Assembly (NCBI GenBank): GCA_036338245.1
Contig: JAYZCQ010000119.1
Coordinates: 1-33,825, forward strand
From: Planctomycetota bacterium
GTDB taxonomy: Bacteria > Planctomycetota > Phycisphaerae > Phycisphaerales > SM1A02
Length of the DNA stretch: 33,825 nucleotides
Direction of reading: 5' to 3'
The position numbers and the translations under genes are program-made. This document shows, in pieces, positions 26,881 to 33,825 of the stretch; position 1 is the first letter of the stretch; each line of letters starts with the position of its first letter. The notes beneath the pieces are model-generated. The model saw only the letters and a list, made by a program, of their open reading frames with translations, ran no database searches and was not told where the DNA came from.

Positions 26881-27921
26881 CTAAGATTTTGTTATTGGAA
26901 ACACGTCCGCGGGGGCAACAGAGATGGTCGTTGTTTGGCCAACTTCAACCCGATGCTTCGGGTTCATTTCAGTAACGGCGATGATATTGCCGCCTTCTGT
27001 TTTGAACTTGTGCTGGGCGGATTCCCCGAGATAGATTGATTGAATACAGGTTCCAGAAAAAGTATTTGGGCTAGAAGGGGGGCTATTGAGGCTGAATGAC
27101 TCAGGGCGGATTGAAACGGTAACATCTGTGGAAGTTGATGAGTGCGTTGATTCGAGCAAGCCAACAGCGGTTGTCAGTAATTTACCTTCACTTTTGGCTT
27201 CAATAAAGTTTGTTTCCCCAATGAAAGAGGCGACAAATGAAGAGCATGGCTGATTGTAGACTTCTTGAGGGGAGCCAATTTGCTGCACATGGCCATTTTT
27301 CAAAACAGCCATTCTGTCAGCAATAGAAAGTGCCTCTTTTTGATCGTGTGTTACATAAACTGTTGTGATGCCAAGAGTAGTGCAAATTCGACGAATCTCC
27401 GTCCGCATTTCTAGCCTTAGTTTCGCATCAAGATTTGAGAGCGGTTCATCGAGAAGTAGGACATCTGGCTCGACGACGATTGAGCGAGCTAGGGCGACGC
27501 GTTGTTGTTGGCCGCCAGACAATTCATTTGGCTTTCGATGCGCCAAATGTTCCATCTGGACAACTGAAAGAGCCTCTTTAGCCTTCTTTTCTTGCACGTT
27601 CGATGCAAGTTTGCGTAATTTAAGACCATATGACACATTTTGGAGTACTGTCATGTGTGGCCACAGAGCGTAACTTTGGAAGACCATGCCAGTGTTTCGT
27701 TTATGTGGCGGTAGGTGGGTAACATCGCGCTCTCCAAACATAATTGCGCCATTTGTCGGCTCGATGAAACCCGCAAGCATTCTGAGCAGGGTAGTTTTAC
27801 CGCAACCTGAAGGCCCAAGTAAAAAGAAGAGTTCACCACTCTCAATAGTCAGCGAGACATTGTTCACGGCGATTGTTTCGCCAAATGATTTTGTCAAATT
27901 ATTGATGTGAATCGATGTCAT
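26881..27921 (-). CDS. ABC transporter ATP-binding protein (PotA/FbpC/MalK-type with C-terminal regulatory domain)
   Basis: Walker A GPSGCGKTT, signature LSGGQQQRVALARS, Walker B LLLDEPLSNLD, H-loop VTHDQ. ATG 27921 (MTSIHINNLTKSFG) is preferred over 27939. Confidence 0.85.
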   Translation of the reverse strand: MTSIHINNLTKSFGETIAVNNVSLTIESGELFFLLGPSGCGKTTLLRMLAGFIEPTNGAIMFGERDVTHLPPHKRNTGMVFQSYALWPHMTVLQNVSYGLKLRKLASNVQEKKAKEALSVVQMEHLAHRKPNELSGGQQQRVALARSIVVEPDVLLLDEPLSNLDAKLRLEMRTEIRRICTTLGITTVYVTHDQKEALSIADRMAVLKNGHVQQIGSPQEVYNQPCSSFVASFIGETNFIEAKSEGKLLTTAVGLLESTHSSTSTDVTVSIRPESFSLNSPPSSPNTFSGTCIQSIYLGESAQHKFKTEGGNIIAVTEMNPKHRVEVGQTTTISVAPADVFPITKS

Positions 27922-28017
27922 ATCAAGAAACGATACCAAAGTCAGTGATGTCCATTGTGAAGAGAAGAGAAACTTTATTTTGAAATTGTTGGTTACCTTC
28001 GTTACGATAGAACTTTG

Positions 28018-28362
28018 ATGACATTAGAAGAGCGAAAACTTGAACAACTCAGAGAGTGGCGTGGTCGCAGAGAAAGAGACTTAACGATGCAGAAGACACT
28101 CGCTAATCTAAAGAGAACACTAAAGCGTTCCAACACACAACTATTGCAAATAGCTGAAGTTTGGAAAGAAGAAGTGCCTGAGTTTATTTATGAACAAACG
28201 CATCCAATCTCATTAAAGAATGGAGTTCTAGAAGTAGCTGTCAATGGCTCTGCAATGAGTTATCAATTACAGCAGTTGATTAGGGGCGGGTTGCTAAAAA
28301 AATTGCAAACGCAAATACACGTACCACTTAAAAAGATCAAAGTAAGACTACTGACAGACTGA
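28018..28362 (+). CDS. dciA: DUF721/DciA-like protein (candidate replicative-helicase loader)
   Basis: 114 aa. The pattern W-x3-VP-x8-T-x-P-x-S-L-x-N-G-V-L-x-V-A-V-x-x-S-A-x-x-x-Q-L ... KKIKVRL fits the DUF721 signature (W..vG....h..P..l.dGvL.V.v.ssaw..eL...i.f.v) by eye. Confidence 0.55.
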   Translation: MTLEERKLEQLREWRGRRERDLTMQKTLANLKRTLKRSNTQLLQIAEVWKEEVPEFIYEQTHPISLKNGVLEVAVNGSAMSYQLQQLIRGGLLKKLQTQIHVPLKKIKVRLLTD

Positions 28363-28734
28363 AATAATGCAGTCTGGTATTTGTTGCACTTGACCATTTT
28401 TGTTAACACAAGCAATTACAGTTTCGCCTTTCGTAAGTAAGGTGTCGCCACGTGTTAACTCATAAGTATGCATGAGAGTTGCTTTGCGTTGTTCTGTACA
28501 TCTTGTCACTAAAATTAGCGCATCATCATAATGCGCAGGTGCGTGATATTTAACTTGCAGTGTTGAGACAACAAAGTAGATTTGTTCTTCTTCAAGATTC
28601 TTATAGGTGAAACCTTGAACGCGTAACAATTCCGTTCGTCCCATTTCAAACCAGACTGGGTACGCGGCATGGTGAACGACGCCCATCGGGTCACACTCGT
28701 TGTATCGAACACGAATTGGCAATGAACATTCCAT
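28348..28734 (-). CDS. acyl-CoA thioesterase, YbgC/4HBT hotdog family
   Basis: IRVRYNECDPMGVVHHAAYPVWFEMGRTELLR is the typical N-terminal catalytic block. ATG 28734 begins 2 nt after the mnmE stop (alternative ATG 28752). Confidence 0.8.
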   Translation of the reverse strand: MECSLPIRVRYNECDPMGVVHHAAYPVWFEMGRTELLRVQGFTYKNLEEEQIYFVVSTLQVKYHAPAHYDDALILVTRCTEQRKATLMHTYELTRGDTLLTKGETVIACVNKNGQVQQIPDCIISVCQ

Positions 28735-28736
28735 CT

Positions 28737-30017
28737 TTATTTTCCTACACAAAAGGATGAAAACACTTCTCCAAGTACTTCATCAGGGGTCACTTGTCCT
28801 GTAATTCCACCAATAGCATTTAATGCGTTACGCAAGGAATTTGCTGTTAATTCGGGTATTTGCACATCACTTTTTGCTTGTTCTAAACAGTGCTTTGCTT
28901 CAATAAGTAACTGCTCATGTCTGCCAAGTAATGCGAGTGCTTGTTCGTTTGGATTCACTTGTTCACCGAGTCTTACAGACACATGTTCTTTTAAAGCGTC
29001 AAGACCATTTCCAGTCACAGCAGAGATTGCGGAATCGTTTGAATGTTCTTCATCACTCTTCGTATGAACGACTATATAGTTTGAAGACTCATCCGGTAAC
29101 GATTGATTAGGCGCAACACAATAGAGAACAACATCCGCTTTCTGCATCATGCGAGCTGTTTTCTTTTGTGCGGCATCAGTAAGGGCATCACTTCCGTGTT
29201 CGATGCCAGCGATATCGAAAAGTTCCGCCTCCTTGTTGCCGAAGTGAATGCGCTCTGCGATAGCGTCACGCGTTGTTCCTTCTTTCGCGTTTACAACGAC
29301 TCTATCGAAACCAACAAGTGCATTAAACAGTGTGGACTTGCCCGCGTTTGGAAGACCAGCAATGACTACTAAGGGAAGGGCGCGAAGCGATACCATTGAA
29401 ATGTTGTTGTCTAGAAGTGCATTTATGTAATGCAAGCAATGCCCAATCTCTTGTAACAGATTCTCAGCACTAATGGCGACTACATCTTCTTCATCAGTAA
29501 AATCGATTCCTGCTTCTACTAAACTCAAAGCTCTTGCAAGCCTTGTTGAAATCAACTCAACTTGGGAAGCAAGCGCGCCTTCTCTAAGAAGCGTTGCCCC
29601 TTTGAGTTCTGCGTCATTAGACGCTGAAATTGTTGCACACACACCTTCTGCTTCGCTCAGTGTGAGACGACCGTTAAAAAAAGCTCTTGCGGTGAATTCT
29701 CCGGCTTCAGCAAGCCTTCCACCCGTTACCTCAATCATTCGTTGAATCATGCGGTCAGTTAAGTATGTATTGTTCGGGCACTGAATCTCAACCGTATCTT
29801 GCCCCGTATACGACTGTTCTGCACCAAATGCAGCAACCATAACTGGCAAGCTTTTATTGCCAAGCGAAAACTGTTTTTTCTCCAAGATTCTCGCTTCTGG
29901 CAGCCCGCATAGGGTGCGGCAACCATCAAAAGCTGCAGGACCACACATCCGAATCAGTGTTTTCACACTTAAGCCGCTTGGCGCACTGACAGCGATGATG
30001 GTCTCATCAAGATTCAT
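28737..30017 (-). CDS. mnmE: tRNA uridine-5-carboxymethylaminomethyl modification GTPase MnmE
   Basis: G1 GLPNAGKSTLFNAL, G2 TTRD, G3 DIAG, and the C-terminal FCVGK motif. Confidence 0.9.
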   Translation of the reverse strand: MNLDETIIAVSAPSGLSVKTLIRMCGPAAFDGCRTLCGLPEARILEKKQFSLGNKSLPVMVAAFGAEQSYTGQDTVEIQCPNNTYLTDRMIQRMIEVTGGRLAEAGEFTARAFFNGRLTLSEAEGVCATISASNDAELKGATLLREGALASQVELISTRLARALSLVEAGIDFTDEEDVVAISAENLLQEIGHCLHYINALLDNNISMVSLRALPLVVIAGLPNAGKSTLFNALVGFDRVVVNAKEGTTRDAIAERIHFGNKEAELFDIAGIEHGSDALTDAAQKKTARMMQKADVVLYCVAPNQSLPDESSNYIVVHTKSDEEHSNDSAISAVTGNGLDALKEHVSVRLGEQVNPNEQALALLGRHEQLLIEAKHCLEQAKSDVQIPELTANSLRNALNAIGGITGQVTPDEVLGEVFSSFCVGK

Positions 30018-30037
30018 GCGGCAATACTAAGGTAAAA

Positions 30038-32215
30038 CTAATCTCTTTTCTTGAAGTTGCGCTTCTTGGCTTTATTTTGAACCTTCTTGCGTCTTGCTTC
30101 CATTGCATCTGCCCACGCTCGGCCTTGCTTATCCTTTGGCTTGCCTTTTTGGTGAGCAGCAGCTTTTTGAGGTTCAATCTCAAGTCCATCAAGGTGTTGT
30201 CTGACACGCCTGCTTTCTAGGATGCCAACAGTACTTGATGTCAAGATGTAAAGCGTCAATCCAGATGGCGCGGAGTAAAGCATGAGCGGAAACATCACAA
30301 CCATCATGACACGCATGATTTTTTGTTGAGATTCTTGCTCAGGCGTCGTCGCAACTTGAGGTGACATGTACTTTTGCTGGACAAAGAAAATAACGCCCAT
30401 AAGGATTGGCAAGATGTTGATGCCTGTGATATTCCAAAGAAAGAATTGGAACGGCTCATCAAACTCGCCAAAGAAGTGGTCAGCAGCACTTAAATCTGCA
30501 AGGAATGGCCACTCACCAATCATTTGGAAGACGCCGAAGAATGCCGGCTCTTGCCTGATGTCAAACATAAAGTAGAGCAGGGCGTAAAGCGCGACCCAAA
30601 CAGGCATTTGCAAAAACATAGGAAGACAACCGAGCATCATGAATGGATTCACTCCATACTGTTGCATCAAACGCATTTGTTCTGATTGCGCTTTCTTTGG
30701 GTCGTCTGGATACTTTGATTTAATCTTGTCAATCTCTGGTTTAATCTTTTGCATCACTTTGCCAAAGCGTTGCATGTTGATTTGAGATTTCTTTGTGATT
30801 GGATGCAAGAGCCCGCGGACAATAAGTACGAGGCAAATGATTGCAATGCCCCAGTCAAAGACGACATGCTGGTCTAAGAACGTCAACACCAACGCAAGCA
30901 AATCTGCAAGCCACTGGAAAGTGCAAATTGCGCACATGCTTGACATTTGATAGAGCACCAACTCTCTCATGTTGAGTGAGACGTATGGTTGCTCGTTATC
31001 TAAGATTGCACGCTGCATTGGTCCGGCATACACGCCCATTGAAAGGTCGTAGGACTCGCTTGGTGAAACTGTTGTTTCAGGACTCCAAAGTGCAGTCAAT
31101 ATGAATTCATTATCACCATCGCCATACACTTGGCTACTGATCACTTCAACTTTGTTTGTCAGTGAACGGTTACCGACGCCTTCGTTATTGATGTTTGGGA
31201 AAACAGTTAACGCAAAGTAACGGTTTGTTGAGGCAAACCAAGAAAGTCTAAGTGCGTCTTCTTCAGTTTCTTCAGTAGGCCAAAGGGGTTCTGAATCGAG
31301 TTTTGTTGCGTCTGCATATTCATACAGAATTTCAGTTGATTGAATTGGAGCCGCTTGGTTTGGGTCAAACTCTTCAGACAACTCCCAGCCAAATCTAAAA
31401 CGTCTCCGGTCCATGTACCTTGACCGGTCGACGGCGAGACTCGGTGGTCCATATTGAAGCCAACGCACTGAGAGCGTACCGTTTGTTGCATTTGTAATTC
31501 GTTGGTTAAGCGTTATGCCGTACTGGTCGTCGATTGTCCAATCGCGGTGAATTGTTGCAACAGTCGAGCCTTCTTGAGAAACGACCTCGGCCTTAAAGTG
31601 AATTGAATCTTCGTCAACACTTTCAACTTCCCAAAAATCAGGGTTTGTCAAGTGAAGCGTGTGCCCATTGATGACTACTTGGCTCGCGCCTAGTATTGAG
31701 GCGGTTGCACTCGCAACACCACTACTGGTCTGATATTGCAAGGTTTTTGCTGTGCTTAAGAGGTAGAGGTCGTCATAAGCTGGTTGCGTCCCACCTTCAC
31801 TCCTAAACTTGTCCCAAGCAAGTTTACCGTCGACTGTTTCAAAAATATTTGAGAATTGAATCGAGTCAATGCCCGCGCCTGCAGGTGTAAACACTGCTTG
31901 CAAGCTCCATTTGTCTATATCATCAAGTGAGCCAAGCGAAAGCGATCCGCTCGTCGGGTCGAATCGCTTAAGGGAGAGTTTGCCAGTTTCAGTTTGCGGT
32001 GCTTGGGTAACGCTTTCAGTTGGCGTTACAACCGGCGCGGGTTCAACGGACAGAGAAGTGTTTTCTGCACTTTCAACCTGAGCGGTGTTTGTTTCAGGTT
32101 TATCTTCTGTTGGATTGGATTGCTTCTTTGGTCCAAAAATGACAGCGAGCAAAATCCCTGCAGCTGCAAGTAGGACAAGGAGTGGAATGATACGGCGCCG
32201 TGCCTGTGGGGACAT
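30038..32215 (-). CDS. yidC: membrane protein insertase YidC (long periplasmic domain)
   Basis: N-terminal TM, a roughly 400-aa periplasmic region, then the insertase core (PITKKSQINMQRFGKVMQKIKPEIDKIKSKY ... QQYGVNPFMMLGCLPMFLQMPVWVALY ... APSGLTLYILTSS) and a basic C-tail. Confidence 0.9.
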   Translation of the reverse strand: MSPQARRRIIPLLVLLAAAGILLAVIFGPKKQSNPTEDKPETNTAQVESAENTSLSVEPAPVVTPTESVTQAPQTETGKLSLKRFDPTSGSLSLGSLDDIDKWSLQAVFTPAGAGIDSIQFSNIFETVDGKLAWDKFRSEGGTQPAYDDLYLLSTAKTLQYQTSSGVASATASILGASQVVINGHTLHLTNPDFWEVESVDEDSIHFKAEVVSQEGSTVATIHRDWTIDDQYGITLNQRITNATNGTLSVRWLQYGPPSLAVDRSRYMDRRRFRFGWELSEEFDPNQAAPIQSTEILYEYADATKLDSEPLWPTEETEEDALRLSWFASTNRYFALTVFPNINNEGVGNRSLTNKVEVISSQVYGDGDNEFILTALWSPETTVSPSESYDLSMGVYAGPMQRAILDNEQPYVSLNMRELVLYQMSSMCAICTFQWLADLLALVLTFLDQHVVFDWGIAIICLVLIVRGLLHPITKKSQINMQRFGKVMQKIKPEIDKIKSKYPDDPKKAQSEQMRLMQQYGVNPFMMLGCLPMFLQMPVWVALYALLYFMFDIRQEPAFFGVFQMIGEWPFLADLSAADHFFGEFDEPFQFFLWNITGINILPILMGVIFFVQQKYMSPQVATTPEQESQQKIMRVMMVVMFPLMLYSAPSGLTLYILTSSTVGILESRRVRQHLDGLEIEPQKAAAHQKGKPKDKQGRAWADAMEARRKKVQNKAKKRNFKKRD

Positions 32216-32236
32216 TTGTTCTTCTCTTATCTTGTG

Positions 32237-32998
32237 TTAGCGACCTTCGTGAAGGCGGTCACCTAACCAATTGCTTAACTCCGGAATCGAATGAATTTTA
32301 CTTGAAACTGCATCGATGTCATACTCAAGACGAAAGAAGTCAACAGTAGCTTCTTCATTATCTAGGATGGCATAACTACTTCGTGGATCTAAATCACGAG
32401 GTTGACCAACAGAACCTGGATTGATGATGATGTGTTCTTCATCTTTGTAGTTGAATGAGTACTCGACATCTTCTGGAGGATAAAAGTCTGGTTCGGTTGT
32501 AAAAATTCCAGGCACATGTGTGTGGCCCGACATTGAATGTTTTGGTATTCGGTTAAAAATTTGTTTCATTTTGACCGGAGAATTGATTGCATCATCTGGG
32601 AAAAGGTACTCGTTGATTGGTCTTCTAGGAGTGCCATGTACACATAAGAAATCATCCATTTGAGTCCGAACTCGCAAACCGCCAAGGAACTCCCACCTCC
32701 TTGCAGCAACTTCCTTGTCTTGTTCAGCATCAAATTGAGCGCGAGTCCAATACGCAGCTTGTTCTGCTGCAGCGTTAAAGTTTGTTGGCTCATAGAGAGC
32801 GCCGTAGTCATGGTTGCCAAGAAGTGACCATTCGCAACGCTGAGCAACCAGGTCTACGCATTCAGCAGGGTTTGGTCCGTAGCCCAAAATATCTCCAAGA
32901 CAAACAATGCGGTCGACTGACTTAGAGTCAATGTCCGCAAGCACAGATTGAAGTGCTTCAAGGTTGCCATGGATGTCACTGATGATTGCTGTTCGCAC
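32237..32998 (-). CDS. metallophosphoesterase family protein
   Basis: Calcineurin-like motifs in order: ISDIHGN, CLGDILGYG, GNHD, GHTH, plus NPGSVGQPRD. Confidence 0.8.
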   Translation of the reverse strand: MRTAIISDIHGNLEALQSVLADIDSKSVDRIVCLGDILGYGPNPAECVDLVAQRCEWSLLGNHDYGALYEPTNFNAAAEQAAYWTRAQFDAEQDKEVAARRWEFLGGLRVRTQMDDFLCVHGTPRRPINEYLFPDDAINSPVKMKQIFNRIPKHSMSGHTHVPGIFTTEPDFYPPEDVEYSFNYKDEEHIIINPGSVGQPRDLDPRSSYAILDNEEATVDFFRLEYDIDAVSSKIHSIPELSNWLGDRLHEGR

Positions 32999-33228
32999 TA
33001 TAAAAAGCCTTTATCTGCCAAAGCGAGGAATGATACTCTGACTAAGCTAAGAATGCGAATTTTCCACCTCACAAACCCCCGACAAACCACCTTCAAGGAG
33101 CCAGAGGGAGACAATTGCAAGTTGCTTAAATTAAAAGAGTTCTGTAAAACTGGACCCAATATCGCTCCCTCGGATAGAATACCCCACTTTTCAGCAATTC
33201 CCATTCTTACAACTGGAAGGATAGAACG

Positions 33229-33825
33229 TTGTCATCAGAACGCCATTTCGATTTAATTGTGATTGGTTCCGGTCCTGGCGGATATGTCGGTGCCATTCGT
33301 GCAGCCCAGATGGGCTTGAAAGTTGCTTGCATCGATCGCGATAAACTTGGCGGGGTTTGCTTGAACTGGGGTTGCATTCCATCAAAGGCACTTCTCCACG
33401 GCGCTGAAATTTACAACGAAGCGATTAACCACGGTCAAGCATGGGGCATTCACGCAAACGATGTGACCGTCGATTGGGGGGTATTCATCGGACGAAGTCG
33501 CAAAATTACAGAACAACTCAATGGCGGTGTTGGCTATCTCTTTAAAAAGAATGGCGTTGAACACATTCAAGGACATGCGCATATTCTTTCTGGCAATGAC
33601 GGCCTCAACCCGTGCAAAGTTGAAGTTCGTGAAATGACTGGTGATTATTACAACGGAAATGGTTCAAATGTTCTTGAAACAGTAACTGCAGACCGAGTTC
33701 TCATTGCAACAGGAGCGAAACCACGCGAACTGCCATTTGCACAATGTGATGGGAACAACATCATCAACTCATCAGATGCAATGACCTTAAGCGAAAGACC
33801 AGAGTCCCTCATCATTATTGGTTCT
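33229..33825 (+). CDS. lpdA: dihydrolipoyl dehydrogenase (N-terminal part; runs off the right edge)
   Basis: Absent from the ORF track (no stop in window). TTG 33229 lies 7 nt after GGAAGGA, with an in-frame stop at 33175-33177 upstream. Translation (M)SSERHFDLIVIGSGPGGYVGAIRAAQMG ... GGVCLNWGCIPSKALL shows the FAD fold plus redox-active disulfide. The frame stays open to 33825. Confidence 0.85.
   Translation, partial: MSSERHFDLIVIGSGPGGYVGAIRAAQMGLKVACIDRDKLGGVCLNWGCIPSKALLHGAEIYNEAINHGQAWGIHANDVTVDWGVFIGRSRKITEQLNGGVGYLFKKNGVEHIQGHAHILSGNDGLNPCKVEVREMTGDYYNGNGSNVLETVTADRVLIATGAKPRELPFAQCDGNNIINSSDAMTLSERPESLIIIGS

Noticed and set aside
32948-33256. 102-aa (+) and 68-aa (-) track ORFs in the 230-nt spacer before lpd, and a possible oriC there
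   Set aside because: The ORFs have no SD, odd composition, and overlap the lpd start out of frame. Only one weak DnaA-box-like 9-mer (TTTTCCACC) was found, with no box cluster or clear AT-rich unwinding element, so an origin call is not justified.
1-33825. Search for CRISPR arrays, IS/transposon ends, integrases, toxin-antitoxin pairs, retron-like or defence-island gene content
   Set aside because: There are no direct-repeat/spacer arrays. There are no transposase, recombinase, nuclease-helicase or NTPase-effector genes. No obvious compositional break was visible by eye. The only notable DNA repeat is the parS pair.

Overview
This is a 33.8-kb, very gene-dense chromosomal segment. I count about 33 protein genes, 3 of them uncertain small ORFs, and many have 1-8 nt start/stop overlaps. 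I saw no rRNA, tRNA, CRISPR array, transposase, integrase or recognisable defence gene.

Gene content, left to right:
- A secreted multihaem cytochrome c (partial, minus strand, at the left edge), a lipoprotein, and a subtilase-like protein with a dockerin-type tail.
- A fused Fe3+/thiamine-type ABC permease, then nuoD-nuoE-(66-codon sORF)-nuoF, ybeY and a CNNM/CorC-type protein.
- An M42-like peptidase, ribBA with a degenerate cyclohydrolase-II half, BI-1/YccA, NIF3, tag and an 854-aa AsmA-like envelope protein.
- ispE, an M3 oligoendopeptidase, and a YdeP/FdhF-type molybdoenzyme converging on mobA plus a MOSC protein.
- Two unknowns, then an MqnE/MqnC-type radical-SAM enzyme of the futalosine pathway.
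- parB preceded by two parS palindromes, an orphan ABC ATPase, a DUF721/DciA-like gene and a hotdog thioesterase.
- mnmE, yidC, a metallophosphoesterase, and the 5' part of lpd at the right edge.

The futalosine pathway, dockerin-type tail, long YidC and DciA-like gene suggest a PVC/Planctomycetota-like bacterium, but that is inference only.

I do not see a convincing novel multi-gene system. The window reads as an ordinary, possibly origin-proximal core region.

The observations most worth a second look are:
- a tandem parS pair in the leader of a parB that has no parA;
- a translationally coupled 66-codon ORF wedged between nuoE and nuoF;
- the isolated nuoD-E-F trio;
- a RibBA lacking all three cyclohydrolase-II zinc cysteines;
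- an unlisted 54-codon ORF plus hairpin downstream of parB.

All protein calls come from motif recognition by eye. No database search was possible.
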